DNA of 64,000 nt from Thermoanaerobaculia bacterium. Lineage in GTDB: Bacteria; Acidobacteriota; Thermoanaerobaculia; Gp7-AA8. Position numbers and translations under genes: made by a program. Shown piece after piece: positions 18,399-27,465 of the stretch. Within the stretch, counting starts at the first letter, position 1. Each line of letters begins with the position of its first letter. The DNA is taken from NCBI GenBank assembly GCA_036398925.1, contig DASWOB010000071.1, forward strand, positions 8,425-72,424, in the 5' to 3' direction. Below the pieces are notes generated by a model that was given only the letters and a program-made list of their open reading frames with translations, ran no database searches and was not told where the DNA came from.

Positions 18399-19982
18399 GT
18401 GAAGAAGACATTCATCATTACGCTGCTGTTGGTTTCCATCGCGATGCAGGCCCGTGCCGGGAAGTTCCTGCATGCGCAGGAGGGCAAGCAGATCAAGGGG
18501 CGCTACATCGTCCTGCTGAAAGACTCCGTCGGCGCCGATCAGGTGGAAGCGATCGCGCGCGGCCTCGGCCGGGAACACGCGGGCCGTCTCGTCGCCATCA
18601 TGAAGGACGGGATCCGCGGCTTCGGCATTGAATTGCCGGAGGGGCGGGCGCGTGCACTGGCCCGTCATCCGCTCGTCGAACAGGTCGAGGAGGACGAAGA
18701 GATTGAACTGGCCGCACCTCTCGCCCCCTTCGACTTCGCCAGCACTCTCGCACGCGGCGGTCCCGAGCGCGTGAAGAGCGAGTGGAACAACTGCGGCTGG
18801 GCCGGCTCGTACTACCTCTGCAATTTCGCCGACGATACGTACTGGCACCTGGACCGGATCGATAACAGCGGCCTGATTTACCCCTACAAGGCATACGCGT
18901 ACGTGTCGACGGGCGCGAACGTTCGTGCCTACGTGGTGGACACCGGCGTCTGGTACGACCACCAGGAATTCGGACAGAGCCCGCGGCAGGTCGGCGTCGA
19001 TACAGGCAACCCGGCCACGACCGACGCGGCGAACATGATGGTCGATCCCGACCTCGACGACGCGCCGCGTCCCGGCGAGGAGCCGTCCGTCGCCCAGGAT
19101 TACACGCCAGCCGATTATCCGTGCGGCGCCTATCAGTACACCAACGCCTCGCATGGGACCGCGGTGGCATCAGTTCTGGCCGGAAAGTACACCGGTGTGG
19201 CGAAGGACGCGAAGATTATCCCGGTCAAGATCTTTAACTGCGCCGGTCAGGGATCGAAACTGGCGATGGCGCGCGGCCTCGACTGGATCCGGCAGGACAT
19301 GGCTCGGCACTCCACGCAACGCGGTGTCGTGAGCATGAGCACCTTCATCAACGTGCCGACCGAAGGAAGTCACCTGTGTGAGGCGGGCGATGAGAATGCC
19401 CCGCTCGTCAACTGCGTGAGCGCGGTGGAAAGTGCGATCAACCAATTGATCGCGGCCAACGTGCCGGTGGTCGTCTCGGCGAACAATCAGAGCAACGGCA
19501 ATTGCAGCACATCGCCGGCACGGCTCGGCTACGGCAACGAGAGCGCCGTACCGTCGTTCCATCGCACCATCACCGTCGGCGGCACGATGGCGCTCTCCAC
19601 GAACAACTATGCGGACCAGCGGTGGACCTGCACGCTGACACCGGGAGGATGCACCGGCTATCCGCTTTCGGGCCGCGGCTCCAACTATGGCCCGTGTGTC
19701 AGCATCTATGCCCCCGCCTACAACATCAGGGTGGCTGGCGGTACCGGCCCGACCTCTTATCGGCCGGCCGGGCAGAACAGCAGCGGCACATCCTTCTCGG
19801 CGCCGATCGTGGCCGGTCTCATCGCGCGGCTCCTGAGCACGCCGGCCTACAGCACGCTGACCCCGCATCAACTCTGGCTCGAGGTGCGAAATCGCGCCAT
19901 CGGACGGAACGTGCAGCCGGCCGACTTCGATCCCAGCGCGGTGACGAACACCTGGCTGGCCTACATGTCCGCCCTGGAGTAA
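18399..19982 (+). CDS. Secreted S8 (subtilisin/proteinase K-like) serine protease with I9 propeptide
   Basis: Signal peptide and an inhibitor-I9-like propeptide (KGRYIVLLKD...). Catalytic triad contexts: AYVVDTGV (Asp), HGTAVASVLAG (His), SGTSFSAPIVAG (Ser). Confidence 0.92.
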   Translation: MKKTFIITLLLVSIAMQARAGKFLHAQEGKQIKGRYIVLLKDSVGADQVEAIARGLGREHAGRLVAIMKDGIRGFGIELPEGRARALARHPLVEQVEEDEEIELAAPLAPFDFASTLARGGPERVKSEWNNCGWAGSYYLCNFADDTYWHLDRIDNSGLIYPYKAYAYVSTGANVRAYVVDTGVWYDHQEFGQSPRQVGVDTGNPATTDAANMMVDPDLDDAPRPGEEPSVAQDYTPADYPCGAYQYTNASHGTAVASVLAGKYTGVAKDAKIIPVKIFNCAGQGSKLAMARGLDWIRQDMARHSTQRGVVSMSTFINVPTEGSHLCEAGDENAPLVNCVSAVESAINQLIAANVPVVVSANNQSNGNCSTSPARLGYGNESAVPSFHRTITVGGTMALSTNNYADQRWTCTLTPGGCTGYPLSGRGSNYGPCVSIYAPAYNIRVAGGTGPTSYRPAGQNSSGTSFSAPIVAGLIARLLSTPAYSTLTPHQLWLEVRNRAIGRNVQPADFDPSAVTNTWLAYMSALE

Positions 19983-19994
19983 CGCCGTTTCGGG

Positions 19995-20025
19995 CTGCGC
20001 GGTCGCTGCGAATGTGACCGCGCAG
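19995..20025 (+). terminator. Hairpin downstream of the S8 protease gene
   Basis: 10-bp perfect stem CTGCGCGGTC / GACCGCGCAG with an 11-nt loop. No T-tract. Confidence 0.35.
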
Positions 20026-20046
20026 CAGCTCCGTGAGATCGGTTGC

Positions 20047-20112
20047 CCGTGTGGTGTGCCACCCCCGTTCCCTGGAGACGAGGGGGTGGGCGGAAGCCCA
20101 CACCACACGTGT
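20047..20112. repeat. Short REP-like hairpin (GGGTGGGCGGAAGCCCACACCACAC type)
   Basis: CGTGTGGTGTG ... GGGGGTGGGCGGAAGCCCACACCACACG. Related copies lie near 12423-12490, 33137-33162, 50713-50747 and 55290-55320. Confidence 0.7.
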
Positions 20113-20152
20113 GAGGCTCGCGGTCGGGCGCCTGCGCGGATACGATGCGCGC

Positions 20153-21181
20153 ATGCACGCGATCCGACTCGTCGAGCCCGGCCAGCCCCTCCAGTTCATC
20201 GACCTTCCCGATCCTTCCCCTGCCGCCGGCGAGATCGTTGTCGACGTCGAGCGCGCCGGCATCTGCCACACGGACGCGCACTATCGCGCCGGCACGGCGA
20301 CGATGGAGCTGCCGGTCACGCTCGGACACGAGGTCGCGGGTGTCGTCTCCGCGGTGGGCGACGGCGTGTCGGACCTCCGGGAAGGGGAGCGCGTGGCGTT
20401 GCACTACCTCACCAGTTGCGGCGAGTGCCCGCGCTGCAAGCGTCACGGCGAGCAGTTCTGTCCCACCGGGCAGATGCTCGGCAAAGATCGCGACGGCGGC
20501 TACGCGGGACGGATCGTCATTCCGGCCTTCAATGCCATCCCGATTCCGGACGAAGTGAGCTCCGACGTCGCCGCGATCATGATGTGCTCGACCGCGACCG
20601 CGTACCACGCGCTCCGCCTCGGCAACATTCAGAAGGGCGACTCGGTGGCCGTCCTCGGTTTCGGAGGACTGGGCGTCTCCGCCGCGCAGCTGGCGCGGGC
20701 GCTCGGTGCGTCCGAGGTCTTCGCGGTCGATGTCGTGCCGGAGAAGCTCGAGCTGGCGGCGAAGTTCGGCGCCACGCCGCTCGACGCGCGGGAGACGCCG
20801 GTACACAAGGCCATTCTCGGCGCGACGGACGGCAAAGGGGTCGACATCGCGGTCGAGTTCACCGGCAACGAGAAGGTCGCCCACGGCGCACTGCGGTCGC
20901 TCTCGCCGGGAGGGCGCCTGATGATCGTGGCGATCAACCTCCGCAAGCTCGAGTTCAACCCCTTCACCGACCTCCTCGTGCGCGAGCGCCACATCATCGG
21001 CTGCTCCGACCATACCCGCGCCGAACTGGTGGAGCTGATGGAGCTCGCGCGCAGGGGGCAGATCGACATGTCGCGCGCGATCACGCGCACCGTGCCCTTC
21101 GAAGCCGGCGCGGTCAACGGCGCACTGGACGATCTGGAAAAGGGAAGCGGGCACCTGCGGACGGTGATCGCGGTGCGCTAA
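20153..21181 (+). CDS. Zinc-dependent alcohol dehydrogenase family protein
   Basis: Start at the internal Met MHAIRLVEPG. Motifs GICHTD, GHEVAGVV, structural-Zn cysteines C..C..C, and the Rossmann motif VLGFGGLG. Confidence 0.9.
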   Translation: MHAIRLVEPGQPLQFIDLPDPSPAAGEIVVDVERAGICHTDAHYRAGTATMELPVTLGHEVAGVVSAVGDGVSDLREGERVALHYLTSCGECPRCKRHGEQFCPTGQMLGKDRDGGYAGRIVIPAFNAIPIPDEVSSDVAAIMMCSTATAYHALRLGNIQKGDSVAVLGFGGLGVSAAQLARALGASEVFAVDVVPEKLELAAKFGATPLDARETPVHKAILGATDGKGVDIAVEFTGNEKVAHGALRSLSPGGRLMIVAINLRKLEFNPFTDLLVRERHIIGCSDHTRAELVELMELARRGQIDMSRAITRTVPFEAGAVNGALDDLEKGSGHLRTVIAVR

Positions 21182-21340
21182 GCAGAGTGCTCTCACTTCA
21201 CCAACAGATCAGGGAACGACGGGAGGCCTCCGGCGGCCGGGCCATCAGCCCCGGACAACCAGCGGGTCCGGGCCCGCGGCCCGGCCGCCGGAGGCCCCCG
21301 TCGTTCCCTCATCCGTGGGTCAAGTGCGTGCGTTCTGCTC
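21181..21340. repeat. MITE-like palindromic element (longest copy, opposite orientation)
   Basis: AAGCAGAGTGCTCTCACTTCACCAACAGATCAGGGAACGACGGGAGGCCTCC ... GGAGGCCCCCGTCGTTCCCTCATCCGTGGGTCAAGTGCGTGCGTTCTGCT. Lies between convergent genes. Confidence 0.8.
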
Positions 21341-21368
21341 AGGCGCGCGCGCTCCCCGTTCAGGAAAC

Positions 21369-22706
21369 TTACGGCGTGGCGTTCGACGCCGGCTTGATGG
21401 TGGCGTCTTTCGCCGCGGACGGCGTGCAGCCGTTGGCGAGCATCGTGGCCGGCATGGCCATCGAGTAGCGGCCTTCGGCGGTCATCATCGGCAGGATCCA
21501 CGACTGGCCGGGGCGCGGGCCGTGCTTCGTGGAAGAGCCGCTGCTCATGTCGCGGGAGGAGTGGTAGCTCTCCGAGCCGCCGTTGTCGGCGTTGAGGTAG
21601 ATCCAGCCGTGGACGTCGCCGGTGGTGAGGGCGGGGAGATAGTCGCTGAGCGTGGAGAGGCGCGCCGCGGCGGGGAGGTAATTGCCGCCGGTGGCGAACG
21701 GGACGGAGGTCATGGGGTTCTCGCGCTCGTCGAAGCGCACCACCTCGGCCAACTGCGTCTCGATGCCCTTCTGCACCGTGTCGCAGGTCGCGCTCGCGGC
21801 GGCGGTCGCTTCGCGCCACAGGAGCAGGTCGGTCTGGAAGCCGCCGGTGCTGCCCTGGATGTAGCGCGCGGCCCAGGCGGAGGGAAGCGGCTGGCGTCGG
21901 TCGGAGAATGCTTTCGCTCTCGGGAGGAAGCGGTCGTAGAAGGTGTACGGCAGCGAGGTGGCGACCATTGCTCCCGCCCGGCCGCCTTCCGGAACGGCGC
22001 GGATGTGCACCAGCGATTCGCCGCCGGCGAAGTTGCCGATGAGCGGGTTCGGGAGGACGAACTGGTAGTCGCCGGTGAGGACGTTGTCATAGAGGAGCTG
22101 ATCGAAGTACCTGGCGTCGTTCGGCAGCAGGGACGAGCAGGTGGCGACGAGGTCGATGGTGATGAAGCCGGTGGCCATCAGATGCTGCCCGCCGACACGC
22201 GCGTTCGCGCCGCAGCCGGTCTTCGTGCCGAGGGTCAGCACCTGGCGCAGCTCAGCCAGGAGCTCGGGAGAGAGCGGGGGAGGCGGCGCGGAGCAGGCCT
22301 CGAGCGCGGTGTTGAGAAAGTTCGGGTTGTCGTCGTTCTGCTGCGAGTAGCCGCCGCGTGCGCTTTTGGCCGAGCCGGCGTGGATCGTCCCGCGCACGAG
22401 CACGTCGCGCAGGTTGATCGACTGCGCGTCGTAGCCGGTCAGGAAGACGTCGAACGACAGCACCGGGTAGGCCCAGTCGGTCCAGAGCGTCACGTTGGCG
22501 ATCTGCGGACGGCTGGTCACATTGGTCACGGTGAAGAGCGTCGTCTGCGCGTCCTTGTCGGCGGCGTGCAGGTCGACCTCGAAGTACGGCAGCAGCAGCG
22601 TGGCCGCCGGAAGGGTGGCGATGTCGCAGGTGTCGTCATTGTTCGTCGACGGCCCGGCAAAGGCCGGCAATGCGAGCAGGAGGAGGAGTGCGAGCGGCTT
22701 CCTCAT
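21369..22706 (-). CDS. Secreted protein with one copy of an unassigned ~400-aa module ('PYFEV module'), paralog A
   Basis: Start at the internal Met MRKPLALLLLLALPAFA. Motifs TCDIATLPAATLLLPYFEVD, FLTGYDAQSIN, DNVLTGDYQ, VHIRAVPEGG, DRRQPLP, VRFDERENP, AEGRYS, ANGC. ATGA overlap with paralog B. Confidence 0.9.
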   Translation of the reverse strand: MRKPLALLLLLALPAFAGPSTNNDDTCDIATLPAATLLLPYFEVDLHAADKDAQTTLFTVTNVTSRPQIANVTLWTDWAYPVLSFDVFLTGYDAQSINLRDVLVRGTIHAGSAKSARGGYSQQNDDNPNFLNTALEACSAPPPPLSPELLAELRQVLTLGTKTGCGANARVGGQHLMATGFITIDLVATCSSLLPNDARYFDQLLYDNVLTGDYQFVLPNPLIGNFAGGESLVHIRAVPEGGRAGAMVATSLPYTFYDRFLPRAKAFSDRRQPLPSAWAARYIQGSTGGFQTDLLLWREATAAASATCDTVQKGIETQLAEVVRFDERENPMTSVPFATGGNYLPAAARLSTLSDYLPALTTGDVHGWIYLNADNGGSESYHSSRDMSSGSSTKHGPRPGQSWILPMMTAEGRYSMAMPATMLANGCTPSAAKDATIKPASNATP

Positions 22707-24094
22707 GGTGTTTCGTTTCCTCCCGGGCCGATGGCGGCGCTGGCGTTCGAGCCGCTTTTGGCCGGCGCGATCGAGCAGCCGTTGGCGAGCATCGTCGCGT
22801 CGAAGAGCGCCGAGTAGCGCGACTCCGCGTACATCGACAGCGACAGCCAGTTCTGGCTCTGCCGCCGGCCGACGGTGGTGCTGGAGTTGCTCGTGAAGTC
22901 GCGTCCCGGCGCGGTGCTGTAGCTCATCGAGCCGCCGTTGTTCGCGTTCACGTAGAGCCATCCCGCCACTTCGCCGGGAACGCTCGGTGGGAAGAGCTCG
23001 GAGGTCGTCGGGATGCGCGCCGCGGACGGCACGGCGGCGATGGCGTTGCTGATGGCGGTCGGATTCTCGCGCTCATCGAAGCGGACGATCTCCGTCACGT
23101 CCATGGCCCCGTTCGGCGCGAGGCCGCACGCGTCGCCGCGTCCCATGGCCGGCTCGCGCCAGAACTGAAGCTCGGTCTTGAACTGGCCGGCGCCCCCTTC
23201 GACGTAGCGCGTGGCGAACGTCGAGGGGAGCGGCTGGCGGCGATCCTTCCGCCGCGCGTCGTCGGGTGTGTAGAGGTCGTAGAAGGTGTACGGCAGCGTC
23301 GACTCCACCTCGGCGCCGGCGCGTCCCCCTTCCGGCACCGCGCGCAGATGCACCATGGCCGCGCCGCCCGCGTAGTTGCCGACGTTCGGATCGGGCGAAA
23401 GGTGCTGGTAATCGCCCGTCAGCACGTTGTCGTAGAGGATCTCGTCGTAGTACCCCGGGTCGGCCGGCGTGCGGCTGTTGCAGGTGGAGACGACGTCGAT
23501 GGTGATGTAGCCGGTGGCGTTGGCGTGCGTACCGCCGACGCGTTTCGCTCCGCAGCTGCTGATCACGCCGGTGGTCAGCGCGCTGCGAACGTCCTGCAGC
23601 AGCGCCTCCGGCACACGCTGCGCCTGGAACGGGCAGCTCTGCGCCGCGTCGGAGCGGAAATGCGGATTGGCGTGATTCGGCAGCGAGCGCGCGCCCGGGA
23701 TCTTCGCCGTCGACCACTGCTGCATCAGGATGCCGCGCGCCAGGACGTCGAACAGGTTGATCGACTCCACGTCGTAGCCGGTGAGGAGGAGGTTGTACGA
23801 GAGAACCGGATAGCCCCAGTCGGTCCAGATGGTCACGTGCGCGATCTGCGGCTCCGGCACGGTGTTGACGATGGTGAAGAGGGTGGTCTTCGCGCGGATG
23901 ATCGACGCGTCGAGCTGCACTTCGAAGTAGGGGAGCAGCAGCGTCGCGGCCGGCATGACCGCGACGTCGCAGGTGTCATCGTTGTTCGTGCTGTGGGGAC
24001 GGGAGGTCGGGAACGTCGCGGCGAGCGCCGAGACGGTGAGGAGTGATGACAGCAACAGGACCAGGGAACCGTGAGTGCGAGGGAACCGGAACAT
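22703..24094 (-). CDS. Secreted single-module PYFEV-module protein, paralog B
   Basis: Signal-like N-terminus, then TCDVAVMPAATLLLPYFEV and the same ordered motif set. In-frame conservation with four other genes. Confidence 0.9.
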   Translation of the reverse strand: MFRFPRTHGSLVLLLSSLLTVSALAATFPTSRPHSTNNDDTCDVAVMPAATLLLPYFEVQLDASIIRAKTTLFTIVNTVPEPQIAHVTIWTDWGYPVLSYNLLLTGYDVESINLFDVLARGILMQQWSTAKIPGARSLPNHANPHFRSDAAQSCPFQAQRVPEALLQDVRSALTTGVISSCGAKRVGGTHANATGYITIDVVSTCNSRTPADPGYYDEILYDNVLTGDYQHLSPDPNVGNYAGGAAMVHLRAVPEGGRAGAEVESTLPYTFYDLYTPDDARRKDRRQPLPSTFATRYVEGGAGQFKTELQFWREPAMGRGDACGLAPNGAMDVTEIVRFDERENPTAISNAIAAVPSAARIPTTSELFPPSVPGEVAGWLYVNANNGGSMSYSTAPGRDFTSNSSTTVGRRQSQNWLSLSMYAESRYSALFDATMLANGCSIAPAKSGSNASAAIGPGGNETP

Positions 24095-24165
24095 CTGGCG
24101 CAGCCTCCCGACCGGTTATGGTCTCACGCCATAACTAGGTGAGCACTCTATGCTGGGGAGGCATG

Positions 24166-24192
24166 CCGTTACAAGAGTTATTCGTGTAACGG
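24166..24192 (-). terminator. Hairpin downstream of the small secreted-protein gene
   Basis: CCGTTACA / TGTAACGG 8-bp stem with an 11-nt loop, 13 nt after the stop at 24205. No U-tract. Confidence 0.3.
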
Positions 24193-24204
24193 TTCAGTGA
24201 AGCC

Positions 24205-24624
24205 TTACTTGTCGCCGCTGGTCGTGACGCTGAGCTTCGCCCGCTCCCGCTCGGTCCGCTCGATCCGCCGGATCTCGGCGTTGATTGCCCGGCGCTGCTG
24301 TCGTGCGACGCGCGGCGGCGTGGCCATCACCGTGCGGGTGATGAGGAAGGGATCAGGCATCTCCTGCGAAGTGCGGGGCGTCGTTCCGTGCAGCGGCGCG
24401 AGGAACGGCAGGTAGGCGAAGTTCCACCGCGTGCCGAGGGCGTTGAACTGCACCGTGCCGACATGGAAAGTAATGGGCGGGCGCTCCTCGCGGGGGGCTT
24501 CCGCGACGAAGATGCGCATCAGCGTGTCGCGCGAATAATCGACGTCGTCGTCGGACTCCTGGGCGAAAGCCGGCAGGGCGAAGAGGAGGAGAAGCGGCAG
24601 GATCAAAGTCGCGTTCGGTTTCAT
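24205..24624 (-). CDS. Hypothetical small secreted protein embedded in the paralog cluster
   Basis: Start at the internal Met MKPNATLILPLLLLFALPAFAQ (signal peptide). 139 aa with a basic C-terminal helix RQQRRAINAEIRRIERTERERAK. No family recognised. Confidence 0.6.
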   Translation of the reverse strand: MKPNATLILPLLLLFALPAFAQESDDDVDYSRDTLMRIFVAEAPREERPPITFHVGTVQFNALGTRWNFAYLPFLAPLHGTTPRTSQEMPDPFLITRTVMATPPRVARQQRRAINAEIRRIERTERERAKLSVTTSGDK

Positions 24625-24680
24625 CGCATCACCTGAGACGGACACCATGCAAGAGTGTTACTCATTTGGCAATGGGAGAG

Positions 24681-24740
24681 GCGGTTCCTCGGGTTCCTCG
24701 GCAGGTCTGTCGGTCCTGCCGAGGAACTCCGAGGAACCGC
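24681..24740. repeat. GGTTCCTCG-array palindromic element
   Basis: GCGGTTCCTCGGGTTCCTCGGCAGG ... CCTGCCGAGGAACTCCGAGGAACCGC. Confidence 0.8.
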
Positions 24741-24744
24741 CTTA

Positions 24745-27375
24745 CTACGGTTGAATGGGATTCGTGACGCTGTCTTCGCTCGTCGTTCCTCGGACCTGCG
24801 AGCAGCCGTTACCCAGCGACGTGGCGTCCGCTCCAACGGCGTAGCGTCCCTCGGCCGACATGGCTGTGACGACCCAGGCCTGGGCGGCGGAGATCTGGTT
24901 GTTGCTTTCGGGCCGGGCGAGATTCAGGTACATCCATCCCGCGACGTCACCACTCTGCAGCGGCGGGAAATATTCGTCCGATGACGGCAGCCGCGATGAC
25001 GACGCGAGCAGCTGGGGCGCCTCCGGGAAGCCGATGGTCACGTCGGGCCGGGCGACCGTGGTTGGATTCTCCCGCTCATCGAAGCGGACGGCCTCGACGT
25101 ACGCCGTCAGGTTCTCGTCGTAGTTCGAGCAGATCGCATCCGCCGCGCGGGCCGGCTCGCGCCAGATCAGGAAGTCGGTGAGGAAGGACGTGCCGCCGCC
25201 CTCGATGTAACGTCCGGCGAAGCGCGTCGGCAGCGGCTGGCGGCGATCGCGGTGCGTACCGCCGTAGAAGCCGTCGTAGAACGTGCGGTTGAGATTGGTC
25301 GCCACCTGCGAGCCGGCCGCGCCCCCTTCACCGATCGCGCGGATGTGCACGAGCGGGCTGCCGAGGGCGAAGTTGCCGCTGGCGGAGTTCGGCGTGACGA
25401 ACTGATAGTCGCCGGTCAGGACGTTGTCGAAGAGCAGCTCGCCGATCGCTCCGGCGTCTTTCGGCGACTTGCCGGAGCAGGTCGCGACGACGTCGATCGT
25501 GACGTAGCCGATGGCGTTCGCATGCGCGCCGCCGACGCGGTCCGAGCTGCACGACTGCGGGATGGTGCCCTGCGTCAGCGCACGGCGTATGGCCTCAGTG
25601 ATGGTCGCCGGCAGCACGCGCGGCAGGTTCGCGCAAGCGGTGGCGGCATTCGCAAGGAAGCGGTCGTTGCCGGCCAGCGAGCGCGAGCCGCGCGTGGCGT
25701 TCGAGCTCGTCCCCGGCAGGACGCCGCTCATGAGGATGTCGCGGATGTTGATGGCCTGGACGTCGTAGCCGGTCAGGAAGATGTCGAAGCTGATGACCGG
25801 GAACGACCAGTCGGTCCAGATCGTGGCGCGCGCGATCTGCGGCTGGTTGGTGGTGTTGACGACGGTGAAGAGCGTCGTCTGCGAGCTGCTCACGTCCGAA
25901 TTGACGTCGACTTCAAAGTACGGCAGCAGCAGCGTCGCGGCCGGAAGCTGGGCGACGTCGCACGAGTCATCGTTGCGATGGGTGACGGCCGGCGAGGCGG
26001 GGAGCGCGTCATTGAGGGTGGTGCGCGCCGGACCGATCGGACGGACTGTCGCGTTCGAGGCGGCCATGGTCGGCGAAGCGGGTGCGGTGCCGCAGCCGTT
26101 GCCGAGGGCAGTCACCTCGATGCCGGTGGCGTAGCGGCCCTCCGCGGCCATGCGCGTCACCACCCAGGCCTGGCTCTGGCGGAGGCCGCGGACCGTGCTC
26201 GAGTCGGTGACCAGATCGAAGTTGTTCGACGCGCTGTAGGCGCTCGACCCGCCGTTGTTCAAATTGAGGTACATCCAGCCGGCGACGTCATTCGACAGCG
26301 GCGGGAAGAGCTCCGACGCGGTGCGGACGCTGGAGCTGACCGGCAGCGACGACTCGCTCGTTTTGACAGTCGGATTCTCCCGCTCGTCGAAGCGGACGAT
26401 CTCCGCCAGCGGGGCGTTGTTCGACGCGACGTCGCCGCACTGGCGCGGCCCGCCGGTCATCGATTCCCGCCAGACGATGAACTGCGTGTCGAACGAGGCG
26501 TTGCTGCCTTCGATGAAGCGAGCGGCGAAGGTCGTCGGCAGCGGCTGGCGGCGATCGGTGCGCCGCTTGCCGGCGGGCGTGAGGCGATCGTAGAAGGTGA
26601 AGGGGAGCGGAGAGACGGTGCTCGATCCGGCCGAACCACCTTCCGGCACGGCGCGGATGTGGACGGCCGGTGCCCCCTCCGCGTAATTGCCGGTGGTGCC
26701 GCTCGGCGCGATGATCTGCCAGTCGCCGGTCAGCACGTTGTCGAACAGCAGCTGATCCCAGTACGACTCCCGCAGCGGATGGTCGCTCGTGCAGGTGGCC
26801 ATCAGGTCGATGGTGATGTAGCCGGTGGCGAGGTTCGCGTTCGGAATGGCCACCGGCTGCGAGCAGATGCTCGTTCGCCCGGTCTTGAAGGCGTTCTCGA
26901 CGTCCAAGAGCAGCCCCGAAGGAAGGTTCGTCGGGATGCGCTCGCAGTTCGTGGCCGCCGAGGGGAGGAAGTTCGGGTTGTTCATGTTGGGCTGCGAACG
27001 ACGGCCGGGGGTGGTCCTGCTGGTCGTCCCGCTCGGCGGTGCGATCAGGCCGCGTACGAGCACGTCGTATAGATTGATGGCCTGCACGTCGTAGCCGGTC
27101 AGGAAGACCGGGAAGTTCATCACCGGATGGTCGAGGTTCGTCCAGATGGTGACGCTCGCGATCTGTGGACGGCTGGTCACATTGGTGATCGTGAAGAGCG
27201 TCGTCCGCGCCGTGGAGGCAGGACCGTACTCGAGCTCAAAGTACGGGATCAGCAGCGTCGCCGCCGGCTGGGTGGAGATATCGCAGCTCGAATCCGTGGC
27301 GTTGGTGAAAGGACGGGTGTCCTGGGCGAAGACGGGCAAAGCGAGAACGAGCAGCACCGGCAGTAGCTTTCGCAT
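24745..27375 (-). CDS. Secreted two-module PYFEV-module protein, paralog C
   Basis: Signal peptide MRKLLPVLLVLALPVFAQ. Module 1 ends at GNGC near 26090. Module 2 restarts with SCDVAQLPAATLLLPYFEVD. Confidence 0.92.
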   Translation of the reverse strand: MRKLLPVLLVLALPVFAQDTRPFTNATDSSCDISTQPAATLLIPYFELEYGPASTARTTLFTITNVTSRPQIASVTIWTNLDHPVMNFPVFLTGYDVQAINLYDVLVRGLIAPPSGTTSRTTPGRRSQPNMNNPNFLPSAATNCERIPTNLPSGLLLDVENAFKTGRTSICSQPVAIPNANLATGYITIDLMATCTSDHPLRESYWDQLLFDNVLTGDWQIIAPSGTTGNYAEGAPAVHIRAVPEGGSAGSSTVSPLPFTFYDRLTPAGKRRTDRRQPLPTTFAARFIEGSNASFDTQFIVWRESMTGGPRQCGDVASNNAPLAEIVRFDERENPTVKTSESSLPVSSSVRTASELFPPLSNDVAGWMYLNLNNGGSSAYSASNNFDLVTDSSTVRGLRQSQAWVVTRMAAEGRYATGIEVTALGNGCGTAPASPTMAASNATVRPIGPARTTLNDALPASPAVTHRNDDSCDVAQLPAATLLLPYFEVDVNSDVSSSQTTLFTVVNTTNQPQIARATIWTDWSFPVISFDIFLTGYDVQAINIRDILMSGVLPGTSSNATRGSRSLAGNDRFLANAATACANLPRVLPATITEAIRRALTQGTIPQSCSSDRVGGAHANAIGYVTIDVVATCSGKSPKDAGAIGELLFDNVLTGDYQFVTPNSASGNFALGSPLVHIRAIGEGGAAGSQVATNLNRTFYDGFYGGTHRDRRQPLPTRFAGRYIEGGGTSFLTDFLIWREPARAADAICSNYDENLTAYVEAVRFDERENPTTVARPDVTIGFPEAPQLLASSSRLPSSDEYFPPLQSGDVAGWMYLNLARPESNNQISAAQAWVVTAMSAEGRYAVGADATSLGNGCSQVRGTTSEDSVTNPIQP

Positions 27376-27410
27376 TCCATGTTCTCCTGCTACAGCGAAA
27401 CGAGATTTCG

Positions 27411-27463
27411 TGCGCCGTCCGCGGCGCGGGGAACAATGCCATGCGCCGTCCGCGGCGCGGGGG
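27411..27463 (-). terminator. Two tandem copies of a short GC hairpin between paralogs D and C
   Basis: TGCGCCGTCCGCGGCGCGGGG occurs twice, 31 nt apart. Each has a GCGCCG/CGGCGC stem with a 4-nt loop. No U-tract. Confidence 0.3.
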
Positions 27464-27465
27464 AT

